From the NCBI GenBank assembly GCA_028023455.1, contig JAQFVV010000011.1:1054001-1118000 (forward strand): DNA of 64,000 nucleotides, given 5' to 3'. The DNA is from Epiperipatus broadwayi. Its lineage: Eukaryota > Animalia > Onychophora. Positions 48,841-61,321 of this stretch are shown here, piece after piece (within the stretch, counting starts at the first letter, position 1; every line of letters starts with the position of its first letter). The notes under the pieces were generated by a model. That model saw nothing but the letters and a program-made list of their open reading frames with translations, was not told the DNA's origin and did no database searches. A program made the translations under genes and the position numbers.

Positions 48841-50321
48841 ATGATAACGAGTTACTAATCTAACCAATGTTGGATTATTTAATAGCTCTTATGTGATAAA
48901 TTTGAATGTAAATTGTTTTCTATTAATTTTGATTTAGAAAAAGATTCGTCCAGTGGAACACATGTTAAAGGTAATACTAGGAAAACATGTAATGCTATTG
49001 TAAATTTAGAAACAGTACAATCAAATGTGACAAAAGATAAATAATTCCACAATTTCTAACACTGTTTTGTAAGAAAATTAAATAACTCCCTTCCTTCTCA
49101 TTCAATTTCTGAAGAGAAACGGATGCATATTGTATTATAAAGTCTGTGTTTTTGATATAACTAACTAAACGCTGATATTTAAATGATTTTAATGCTAATA
49201 TATATCACCATGGCCCGCAATTTATTAATCAATGGATGGATCCATTTAAACAAGATGATAAAATAAGCTTAAATAGTAAAATAATTTTTTACTTTTATTA
49301 TTATTACAAATCTAAATGTGGCTATGTAGTGTGTTTTGGCAACTAGCACCTTGGCACGAAATGATCCTGGTCATGCGCTCTCAAACAACGAATCAAAATT
49401 TTATTTCTTCAACTATTGTTATGATTAAAACAATAATAATCTAATGGTTTATTGTTTGAGAGTTCATAAAAAGTTCCAAGTACCGAAAGTTACACGCTGG
49501 CCACGATTCATAGATTTTTAGCTCCACTGTCTGATACTTTACCACGGCAACAAACTATGCAAGTCATCAAAAACATTATCCAATAATATAGAATCGATTA
49601 TTGCGAATATCGATTCTGTATTTTATTACGTAATAAATATAATAAACATACAGAAACGATATTCTTAATAATCTATTTATTATCAATAATAACATTTATT
49701 CAACAATGTGTAATATAAATATTAGTAAATTCACATTTTAAAAAATATTTGGAAACAAAAATAAAATAAATATAAGTGAATTTGAAACAATTTTTGTTTT
49801 TTATATTACCTGATGGTTTTAAAAACTTAATCACGATTGCAATAAAAAATTATCGATTACTTTAGATAACTTGAACAAAGGGTAAAAAATAAGAAGAGGA
49901 ATTCTAAATGAAATCTTTTTTAATAAAAAGAAAAAATAAATAAATTTCATAGTTTATATATTTAAAAAAAAAAAAAAAAATTTAATAAATTTCATAGTTT
50001 ACATTTTAAAAAATTATATTTTTTAAATTTATATTTTTAAAAAGTTGTGTTCACGATGAGCAATAAGTAACGAAAATAAAAAAATAAACCTTTTTAGATT
50101 CAGAGCTTTAATATTTCATTATAGTTTATATCCAATGCCTACAGGCTTGTGGATAGTTCATAAGTAGAATTAGAATTAAAAATTCAGATAGAAGAGTCCC
50201 GATTGATTCACATCTCTGTAAGTTGAATGCAATTCTCAGTCTGGATAATAGTCAATATAAAAATACTATAATAATAATGCAACAAAGTATAATTTTTATT
50301 AACATTGTCAAATAAAGTATA

Positions 50322-51196
50322 GTGTAGTTGTAGAATCGCAGATTCTGGATGTCAAGGGCATGTGGTGCAGCATTAAATGACAGAGACTGGAGCCTAAAGT
50401 CAATGAGTGCAGGGATAAAATGACAGATTCAGGAACTCAAGGTCATTTGGTACAATAGTAGAATGACAAACCCTGGAGACTAAGGTCATTTGGTGGAGTA
50501 AAATGACAGATTTTGGAGGTCAATGTCATTTGGTAAAGTGCTAGAATGATAATTTCTGGAGCTCAAGGTCATTTGATTCAGCAGTAGATGACAGGTTGTG
50601 GATCTGAAGGCCATTTGGTGCAGTGATAGAATAAGATTCTGGATGTCAACATCATTTGGCAGTGATAAATGACAGAGATTGGAGCTCAAAGTCATTTGGT
50701 GTAGGAATAAAATAACAGACTCTCAAACTCAAGGTCATTTGATGTAGTGGTAGAATGATGACTCTGGAGTTCAAGATCATTTGATGCAGCAGTAGAATGA
50801 TAGGTTGTGGATCCGAAGGGCATTTGGTGCAGTAGTAGAATGACAGACTTTGGACATCAAGGTCATTTAATACAGTGATAAATGACAGAGACTGGAGCTC
50901 AAGGTCATTTAGTGCAGGAATAGAAGAACAGACTATGGAACTCAAGATCATTTGGTGCAGTGCTAGAACAACAGACTCTGGAAGTCAAGATCATTTGGGC
51001 AATGGTAGAATGATAGATCTGGAAGTCAAGATTATGCAGTGAAGGGGGTAAATGACAGATTTTGGAGGTCAAGGTCATTTGGTGTAATGGCAGAATGAGA
51101 TTCTGGATGTCAAGGTTATTTGATGCAGTGATAAATGACAGAGACTGGATCCCAAGGTCATTTTGTGCAAGCACAGGCTCTGGAACTCAAGGTCAT
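50322..51196. repeat. Minisatellite, about 43-bp unit, about 20 copies
   Basis: Consensus approximately CAAGGTCATTTGGTGCAGTGRTAGAATGACAGACTCTGGARCT. Confidence 0.92.
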
Positions 51197-52123
51197 CAGC
51201 ACATTTGTAACATGTATTTGTACTTCATTTTAAGATGATGAAGATTTTTTTTTATTATTTAGAAAAAATGAGGAAAAGCTAAATAAAGAAAAAGAAATAT
51301 TTATTTTGGCACCATGTGCAATGGAAGTAGAAATGTATATCAATGTGACATTTTTTAAACTTTGTGTATCTGATGGCATACTGGATTCAGTCATCTACAA
51401 AGAAAGGTATTAGATGTGAATCTGAGTTGTTATAAGTGTATTACTTAAGTTTAATAATGCTGAAGAGCTTAATGTTTCAACAACTAGTAAACTATAATCC
51501 AAAGTTATTGCAAATAATGGTATAAATTTGAATGTTCTACCACTTATGAATTCTTTCATAAAATATAGTTTGAATATCACAAATGCTTTTGTTTAAGCAC
51601 AAAATTACTATAAAGGAACTTAATTATATTCATTTATAAAAAAAAACATGAACTATATTATAAATAGGATAAATCAATATTACATAAATATTTATTGGTA
51701 AGGATTGTTAAATAGATTATAGATTAGGACATTCCAAGTTTTGAAAGATAGCTGCACTTAAAAATAGGTTCAATCTCAAACACATTGTTAAGAAAATTTT
51801 ATGTTTATTCTACTCCTGTCAATACCTGTTAAACATTAACAATTTTAAATTGAATTTTCAAGTTTGTCTTAATGCTGATGTCCAAACATTCCCCAAGAAA
51901 TGTGGTTCAAATAATGGCAAATCTGTTTTTTTTTAATTCATTAAAAAGGTCAGTTTTGTTGTATTATTTGTGATTTTGATTAATTCTGCTTGGAATAATT
52001 ACAAAATGAATATGAAGCTTCATAATCAATCTAGAAGTTATACATCTAACAAAAAAACAACATTTATAGGTTGAAGATATACAGGCAAAAGAACCATTTG
52101 CTAATCATACTTGCATTAGATAT

Positions 52124-52241
52124 ATATATATATTTTCATATGTCATAGCATCTGCTAGCATGCGAACCTGCAACAACCGTCTGCAACCAACTGCTTGCTT
52201 GCAAGGCGGCTGCGCTGATCTCTCGTCTAACAACGCTTGAC
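52124..52241 (-). mobile_element. tRNA-derived SINE (family E)
   Basis: Homologous to 41653-41770; 12-bp TSD TGCATTAGATAT (52112-52123, 52242-52253). Confidence 0.85.
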
Positions 52242-55204
52242 TGCATTAGATATTTTTTGATACAATAAAAGTAACAGATAGACTCTAAAAATGATATCAT
52301 AATCTTATCATATCTACAAACAGTAGTAACAAAATATTTTAAACAGATGGTAAAATTATGATCATCTAAATAATGTTAAAAAATTTAAATGACTGCTTTT
52401 GATATATCCATTTTATCAATGTATTTTAACAGAGATGTACATTATAACGTAATTAAAAGAATTCTTTGTAAACTTAAAAATGGAAAGGTTGGGAAAGTTT
52501 TAAAATATGATAATAATATGTTAGCTTTATCCTACATGACTCAGTATTCAATGGTAAAACGACAGATTACAAACATGGCTTAACCATGTTAATTGTAAAT
52601 TACTTTTAAGGTTTGATACTGTGGTAGGGTGGCAGACTGTGGAGTTTAAGGATCATAGTTTAGTTCTGATGCTTTTGATGATTGGACTTTTATGCACCCT
52701 TAATCAATAACCCATTTGTTTATTTATTTATTTTCTTATATGGTAACATTAAAGTATTGTATTTGTTTTTAAAAATATATAAAGTCATGAAAGATTAAAA
52801 TTTTTTTTGATGACTTTAAACCCAATCTGATTTTAAAACATTAAAAACACTATAAGGAGGCATAGTTCATTAAAAAAAAAAAAAGCCGTAAAATAAGAGT
52901 ATGATTTTTAGACTTATATAATATTATCAGCTGGGCCAAGATTTTTGATTTAGTTATTCAAAAAATTTGTGCTATTGTTTGAAAATTACTAGTTGTCCTT
53001 TAAAGTTTATTTATTTTCTGCAGCTGCTATGTTATGGCATAAGATTAAGTACTATTACGATAATAAAAGATTGGGCATTTGAAATGTAATCCGATATTGA
53101 ATTGGTCTCAACTTTACTTTTTCATTTTTTGTAACATTAGGCTTTGGAACAGACTACAGAACGTTTCATGAAGAAAGAATGAAGATGAGACAGATTTAAT
53201 GATGGAGTTTATAATGTAAACTGATTAAAAAGTTAAACTTCAATTTCTTATCTTCTAGATTTACAGTATTATGGTGATTGTTATTTTTCCCACTTCAAAG
53301 GATGATCTACAGAAAGTTCTTAATGAAATCCATAAAGACTTTATTAATTAATGTCTATAAAACTCAAATGTTTTATTATGTAAAGTGGAGTTAGATGTCG
53401 TTAAATGTAGTTTTGGCTACATTTAATAAATTAAAATCCTATTTTGATACAGTATTATAAATATTTTGACTAAGTTAGTTGTACATAGAATTATCGTTCA
53501 GCCATGTTTTTTTTAAAATCTAGAAATAAAAATTATGTAAAGGCTCTGGTAATTTTTACTTTGAGTATGTTATGTAATATTCCTGTTGTAACAGCTTTTC
53601 TTTATTGGTTTGAGTATTTAAAATTAACAGACATTCTAAAAAATTATTCCAGGTAAATTTGAAAATGGTTTTTGTACTTTAATGTGGTGCAAACATGTTA
53701 CTTTCAATTGGAGAATATGGTAGAAGCTTAAATGAAATGGAGAGCTATAATTAGACAAAGTTGTTAAAATTTTTCAAAAAAGAGTGCATTCTAGAAGAAT
53801 TTAAAAGTCAACATCAATAGGTTATAAATAAATGGACTAAAGAATTAACATGTGTGTGGGAGTATATTTGTATTTCATGGATTTATTTGCAAAATCAATG
53901 CATTGTCTTTTTTCTTCTTCTAGAAGTAAAGTAGTGATCAGTTGCGGGTGGTCCAAAGGCATCGTGGCACTTCAGCACTCCCAGAAAAAAATTAATTATT
54001 AAATTTGTGTTTTTAAACATTTGAAATTTTATTCAGAGACACTGCTAATGATAGCATTTCCAGAAACTTAATATTTGGTGAAATTTTAGCAACATGCATA
54101 AGTAGCACGTGGAACTGCTTACTCCCACAGTGTCAGTAGTTATTTGAGCGTTAGGGCACATAAATTTTGATTGTTTTTTTTTAGAATGAGCAATAAAATG
54201 TCTGCTTTTTTCTTGTAGTTAATACTTATAAATTAACCTATAAATATTTATTGCAGTAAAATATAACAAAATAATAAAATAAATATTATTTTAAATATTT
54301 ATTACGATTGGAATTTATATATAAAAATGTATTTTTTTAATTGTCATTACATGAAAAGATTGAAATGAAAAATAAAAAAAATCAATCTACTACAAATATC
54401 ATTATTTATCAAACAGCAGTTATAATTATAAATTTATTTAAACGCACATTGATTACGTAGAGGTCCCTACTATCGCATTTTTACATGCACATTCTTGAGG
54501 TTACAAACTTAGTAAATATTACAAACAGCAGTTAGTAATACAAAAAATACAATAGAAAATGGATATATAGTTGCGACATTAGAAATGATCTATTTTGTTT
54601 TCTTTGATCAAGTTTTGGTAGCAATACTGTAATAAAGCAATCCTACTTAAAAATTTCACAGAGTACTACTGGTATTAATACATATTAACACACACATATA
54701 TAAATATTGAAAGTTTAATGAGATTTTTCATATATTTTTTAATTAAAGCTCATCTCAAGATATAACTAACCAAGCAACTGATTAAAAATTGGATCAATAA
54801 AATGAAATATCCATCAATAGTAACTCCATTACTTTGATCACTACAACTCAGAAGTGGCTTATAGAAATCCCCCTCATACATGTACTACTATTGGAAAAAA
54901 TATATTTCAGTTTATTGATTCAATTTTTAATTGATTAGTTGTTCAGTTATATCTTCAACTGAGTTCTATTTAAAAAAAAAAAATCATAAAAAATCTTAAC
55001 TGTTAATATTTACATTTATAAAGTCCATTCAAATTTCCTGTTATATGTATAAATATTTAAATTATAATTTAAATAATTACACATAGGATATTTTTAGTGG
55101 GTAACATTAATTTATATTATTTTTATTGTCAAATTTTTTGCTAATTATTGGTGTTTTTTTAAGTGGTATAAATATAATGCAGTCTTATATTTGTATGAAT
55201 ATTT

Positions 55205-55530
55205 TATGGTTTCTGTTAAATATAGGGGATTTGAACCCAGACTTTCAAGCACCCTTCAACTATACACACTATCTCATACCACCGATAGACCACACACATG
55301 TAGAAAAATAAATAATCACCAATATATGTATTTCGAGCTGAACCAGCACTCATCAGTTAGTCTAGATTATGATCTGGCATATATATATATATAATCAGTG
55401 CTCAGCTTTTACTTTAATGGACAGGCTTCAATCTACTCCAACCTCCAACTCTTCAGCCATCTATACCATTGAAAATCTGATGATGGAATGTCCAAATCTC
55501 ATGCTGATGCCAATATTATTGTTATGCCCA
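55205..55530 (-). mobile_element. Family A copy A6
   Basis: Minus strand: upstream module, HHR, TGGTCTATCGG, B-box GGGTTCAAATCCC. Confidence 0.85.
55312..55372 (-). ncRNA. Type I hammerhead ribozyme, core intact
   Basis: AUAAUCUAGACUAA-CUGAUGA-GUGCUG-GUU-CAGCUC-GAAA-UACAUA-UA-UUGGUGAUUAU; one U.U mismatch in stem II. Confidence 0.72.
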
Positions 55531-55756
55531 TGTTGACCGCAAGTCAAATCTGAACCTGATTTTTTTTTTTGTAATTGGTATTAAATTTTTAATGAATGTT
55601 ATTTTCAGAGTTTACTATATTGTATATACATAATGAAATTGTTTTCGTCCTGTCAAATAATAAGATAGAATAAACTGAAACACTAAAAATTTTAAAATTA
55701 AGTCTTTATCACTATACTCTAGATAAATACTTTGCATATAATAGAGATATATATGA

Positions 55757-55825
55757 AAGATAGTTCTGGCCCAACTGATGAGTGCTGATGCAGCACGAAA
55801 TGCATGTTGGGGGGCATTTGTCTTT
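55757..55825 (+). ncRNA. Type I hammerhead motif with G at the cleavage position (predicted impaired)
   Basis: CCAA-CUGAUGA(55775-55781)-GUGCUG-AUG-CAGCAC-GAAA-UGCA-U-G(55806)-UUGG. Confidence 0.8.
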
Positions 55826-56138
55826 TATTATATCTTTATTTATATTAATTTAAAAAGAATAGGGAAGTATGGAAATGTTTATTATATCTCTAAAGATATT
55901 ACCTACGGGACAAAGAAAGGTGAATAACTCCGTGTGTGTATAAAATTAAAAATCAGACATATTAATCTTTAACTGAGATTATAATCTCTAGTTTCGAAAA
56001 TGATTAGTAATAATCATTAGAGTATTTATCTGAAATAGATGGCGTCAAAGTTGCGAGTGGATGGAGTTTGACAATGGTAAATGAAAATGTAACGATTTAC
56101 TCTAGATAAATACTTTGCATATAATAGAGATACATATG

Positions 56139-56210
56139 AGAGATAGTGACCTGGGCCAACTGATGAGTGCTGGTTCAGCACGAAATGCATCTTGGGGGGC
56201 ATTTGTCTTT
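56139..56210 (+). ncRNA. Type I hammerhead ribozyme, fully canonical
   Basis: CCAA-CUGAUGA(56160-56166)-GUGCUG-GUU-CAGCAC-GAAA(56182-56185)-UGCA-UC-UUGG. Perfect 6-bp stem II, palindromic stem III AUGCAU, AUC triplet (cleavage after C56191), extended bulged stem I. Confidence 0.9.
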
Positions 56211-58832
56211 TATTATATCTTTTATTTATATGAATTTAAAAAGAATGGAGAAGTATGGAGGTGTTTATTATATCTATTTCTGCAAATTCATATACTTATG
56301 TTTTTTATACATTATAAATATATAATTCTCTTAAGATTACTATTATTGTGCAGACGAAAATTAAACTCCAGTCATAGCCGTAACTATTATAAATCTCCTC
56401 GCACTATAATAGTTATTTCTGGACATGATCAGAGATTAATTTTCTTCTGCGCAATTATAGATTTTTCAGCACTTAATAATAGATTATTGTTACTATCAAT
56501 TTTACCATATTTGTTTCTTATACAGTTGTATTTAATTAAATATAAAATAATAATAAACATTTATTTGTATCTTATGTTTATTGATTTTTTTCACCTTTAC
56601 AAATGCACCTAAAAGTTAATTAACTAAGGTTCACACTAATATATATTAACGCAGGTTTCAGGTTTCTAATTTTATATTTTATTGTGTTTTATAAAACCTT
56701 TAACTAATGTTTTATAAGAATTTTTAAAAAAAAATAATCTAAAAACTTATTTTAATTAAGGATTAAGTGGAAAACAGTGTATATCGTCATTAATCAATTA
56801 TTCTTTCAATATTTTTTTTAAATCAATAAATTTTACTTTTTAATTAAAAATATTTATACAACCAAAACGCACACAACACATATATAAAATCTGTATGTGA
56901 AATAATTATTTGATTGCAGTAATATATTATTTTCTTTCTCCTTCTTTTGCAAGTCAGATTTTATTGCCGTACTGAATCATTCAGTTTTATTTCCAATGCT
57001 GTTCAATAAGTAAAAAGAACCATTAATCTCAGCTGTTTAACTGTCTTTGCGTGAGATTAGCTTATCAAACTATTTTTCATTACATAATGTATGATATGGT
57101 TACTCTTTTATCAAATATTATTCCCCCCCCCTTCCACAAAAAAGAATAATATTAAAAATTCACTATTGTAAAGAATTTTTTTTTTTTTTAAAAAAAAATC
57201 AATAAATCGGGTTTACTATATACTCTATATATATATATGCTTCTAAAAGGAGATATTTTCACTTTATTCTAGAACCATTTCTTAAATAATCAATGAATAC
57301 CAAATAGTATAATGTTATAAAATTCTCGTCTCCAAATGGGGTTTAAATTTAAATCTAAAATTAAGGCACAATTAATGTCCTAAAATTAGGAAGTCTTGAA
57401 TAGAAAATAGTGAGCTCAATTGCATGGTCATATAACTCAAACACCAGGGCAGTTTTTTTTATATATTTTAGAAATCCCAGTTTATCACAACTTTAAGCTA
57501 CTCCTAGTCTTTAGCTAAAAATCTTGCTACTAACTACAAATATCATATGAATTTTTTACATGCTCTTTAAGAACAATTATCTTTACTTTAGAGCCATCTA
57601 ATGTAAACTTGTGTAATTAATAGGCATCAAGGTGGTTTGGTCTTATTAAATCTCCATGGGGTATTATTTGGTATCCATTGTTTACTTAAATGCTTCCAAG
57701 ATCACCTATATTCATCCTATACTAGAATAATCTATTGTAAGTTTGAGAGAATCAATGGTCACCAGGTAGTGTAGGATTAAAAAATTCTCATAGTGATAAT
57801 ATTACATAGTGTTCATTGACTCAAACTTACTATAGGTGGTTCTAGAATTGGCTAAATATAACTGGTCTTAGAAGTATAGGAGCAAGCATATAAGAAAGTC
57901 ATGGTATTGTTTTGATATATATGTCTGCATATTTATGTAACAAGAAGATTAACAAATTCTGACCCCTGCCATTATAAACAATTGAATTGTCCTCTAGTGA
58001 TTGTGCACTTGTTCAACTTTTACAGAAAGAAAATGTTCACTTCTTTCAACATGGTCAAGATTTCATATGGATGATTGATTTGAACTTGCAAGCAATCAGA
58101 GAAGTAAATATTAAATCAGCCAAGATGTTTAAGGCAAATTTATTTTAATTGACTGATATTTAAATTTACAGTGCAGAATTATTTATATTTATTTTAAGAC
58201 TTTGCAAACAAATTATCAAGTATCAGATTTGTAATGACAGAATTTTACACTGATAGAAATTATGTAACAGTCAGACAACAATCTCAGAACATAATATACA
58301 CAATATAAACAATCGAACTGACCTCTAGTCGCATTAAATTCTTCCTGTGCCCTGAGATACTATATTGGCAATGGATAATTTACTAAGCAATAGGTTATAA
58401 TTCTTAATTGGAAGAATTGCTGCAGATCGATGGTGTGTCCTGATTATGCTTTAAATATAATATTTCACTTTTTGAAATAAATGCAAAAGCTTTTTCCTTA
58501 AATAAACACATCTTTATTTCTATCAAATTGTTAATTTAAAGATAAGAGTTTGGGCTAGGTTCATCTATTGATGCTGCTGGGGTCTTCAAAACTATGGCTT
58601 TATGTGTTTGGGTTGCATTTTAACTTTTCAAATAATTCATAAAATTACAAACTTGGCAATTTTAATTTGTGATACATATATATATATATTGCAACCGTGC
58701 AAGATGTGTTGGCAATTGAATTCAAAGATTTTGCTGAAATGAATATATATATAAAAATAAAATAAAATAAAAATACATTTGATATAGATATAAATTAATA
58801 TATAGAATAAATATTTTATTGGATTAAAATTA

Positions 58833-59254
58833 AATATAGGGGCTTTGAACTCAGACTTTCAAGCAACCTTCAACTATCCGTACTATCTTATACTATTGAT
58901 ACACATGACCACATATATGTAAAAAAGACAAATAATAACCAATATACATATTTCGTGATAAACCAGCACATATCAGTTGGTCCAGATTATGATCTCTCAC
59001 ACACACACATACACACACATATATAATCAGTGTTCAGTTTATGATTATATAAATATGTGAGAGATGATGATTTGGACCAACTGATGAGTGCTGGTTCAGC
59101 ATGAAATATGTATAATGGTGATTATTTATCTTTTCTACATGTGTGTGGTCATGTGTATCAATAGTACAAGATAGTATGGATTGTGTTGAAAGTCTGAGTT
59201 CAGATCCCTTATATTTATAATTAAGTTCCAGGTATAAGAATGCCTGTATTTCAA
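58833..59254. mobile_element. Family A head-to-head inverted insertion inside the 5' LTR
   Basis: Minus arm 58833-59035, plus arm 59040-59254; 12-bp TSD GGATTAAAATTA (58821-58832, 59255-59266); absent from the 3' LTR. Confidence 0.88.
59065..59125 (+). ncRNA. Type I hammerhead ribozyme, core intact, first stem I pair mismatched
   Basis: CCAA-CUGAUGA(59081-59087)-GUGCUG-GUU-CAGCAU-GAAA(59103-59106)-UAUGUA-UA-AUGG. Confidence 0.7.
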
Positions 59255-61321
59255 GGATTAAAATTAGAAAATTTCTTTTTCTTGATGCAATACACATTGT
59301 GTTTTTTTTCTTTTCGTTCAATTAAAAAAGAGCAAGTTTAAATAATAAAAGCGAATACTGATAGTAAATATTGATAGAAGTTCTGCAAAGGAGAGATTGG
59401 TAATTAAATATGACCATCGTAACTACAAAAAAAAAAAAAACTTTGGAGAACAAAAATTGAAAGAAAGGTAAAAGTTTGAAGAAGGAATGTGGGTGGTATT
59501 CAATGTACACATGTGTAATGAGTTTTTTGATGGATATAAAAGGAAAGGACATAGATAAAGAACTGTCTTTGGTTCTTCAGATTTTTCACAAAATATTAAA
59601 CTACCCCATGATAGCTGCTGATATTCAGATGAGTGGCTAGAATGCCTGACATCACTGATTGTTCCGTTCCCTCGAACAAACTTATGATGATTTAGAAGAG
59701 TGAAGTTGCCACCTGTTATAAAATAGAAGCCTCGCATCAAAGCTGGAACCTAAAATACAGATCGTGAGGATTACATGCATTACCAAAGAACGATTCTACT
59801 AAGCAATCTTACTAGTAAGAAATTAGATTTTTGAACTTTTATTGAAATAACTAAGAATACTTACTTCTCAAACCAGAAGAAAAGAAAACATAATTTAATG
59901 GACCATAATGAACTATTTATGTGGTTAATGAATCCATCCAATAAATAATTTTGCTATGATAATACAAATAATTTTTTTGTTGTTTTCCTTTTATTGAAAA
60001 TGCTTGTAAATAAAAAAAAGAGAGAATTACAATGTATCATTTGTTTAAGCCTCGTAATTTTATTCTTTCAGCAATCTTCTTTGTAAAATTCAACTGTTGA
60101 TGCCAACACAATTTTTATTATATTTTTAGATTTATTATTTGTGAGAATATAGATATATAATATATTTGCATTAGTTTGTATAAAGATTATAGAAATAAGT
60201 TAATATATGGGTGATTTATTCATTCATGTTATAGAGAGGGTTTTGGTGTGGCATGGCAAAAGGAGGGAGGGGGATTTATCTTCATTGTCAATTTAATAGG
60301 GATAACTAAATTGAATCCTGGCCCTAATAAAAAAAACAAATTTAAGCTATTAAAAGCAACAATATAGGGAATGTTAGTTAGGTGTAATTAGGATCATATT
60401 ACCTGGGAAATATACTGCGCTTATGCTAAAACTTAAAATGGTTAACTACAATAATCTAGATTAGGTGTGGGAGATAATAGGTATATCTTTAACAGATATA
60501 TATAAAACTCATCTTACAGTGCCAATGTGTAATAAAGGGAATTAGAGATATATATAAAATAGCACAATGGCTGCCCAAACAATGGGTCTCGAAAAAATTC
60601 ATGACCTGAGATAAAAGAAATCAAGGAGAAGGGTGTTATTAATGTATTTGCAGCTTGGATTGTGAATGCAATATATTGTGATAATTTATGTGACAAATTT
60701 TTTTTTCCCCCAAGATGCAAACAAGGAAAATGTGAGTTGTTAATATATTTGGTAATACACTATTCAGTTGAAATAAAATATAAATAAAAAAAGTTCTTTT
60801 GAATAAAGAGAGGGAGGGGACAGGTAATGAAATCTCCCTTTCATTTTCTATCATTTTGTTAGGTAAAAATAGGGCAGAAATAACAGATAATCACAAATGT
60901 ATACAAAAACAATGCAAGTTTTTTTTTGTTCTATCTGTTTCATGGGTGGTGGTGTAATATTTAGACAGCAATCAAAAGTGCTGGCAGGGGAACAAAGGAG
61001 GATCAGCATATGTTAAAGAGTAAGGTAAAATATAGGGTAAAAATTAATAGTATTAAAAAATTTGTAAAAGAAAGGGAATATATATGAGCAGTTTTTTTTT
61101 GACACATCGAATATATATATAACAGTGGAAGGAAAATAACATTAAATGATTGTTCAGCAATTGGCTAGCATATATAATTATAGTAGAAGAAGCTGAAGCA
61201 AGCTCAAACTGTACATAAACTAAAAGGAATAGACAATCTCATCTGTGAGTGGGATGGGTGGACTATTAATTTTGTATCACAAGACTGTCCTAAGATTGGC
61301 ATACATATAAATGATGTAAAA

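Larger units (their letters stand above)
55716..56275 (+). mobile_element. Family B-related retrozyme-like unit: two ~172-bp HHR-bearing direct repeats, period 383-385 bp
   Basis: ACTCTAGATAAATACTTTGC at 55716 and 56099. The spacer carries family B motifs GTCAAAGTTG...AGTTTGACA and ATAATCTCTAGT. Confidence 0.85.

Noticed and set aside
50322-51196. CRISPR array or coding repeat (ORFs 50486-51174)
   Set aside because: Units are contiguous degenerate tandem copies without unique spacers, there are no cas genes, and the 43-bp period is not a multiple of 3.
53120-53270. Possible host exon after a polypyrimidine-AG (similar at 26720 and 38510)
   Set aside because: Stops in all plausible frames or no donor site; no multi-exon reading frame could be assembled.
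56115-56612. 165-aa ORF
   Set aside because: Runs through the HHR repeat and AT-rich flank, is rich in F/I/L/Y, and has no recognisable domain; treated as a chance ORF.
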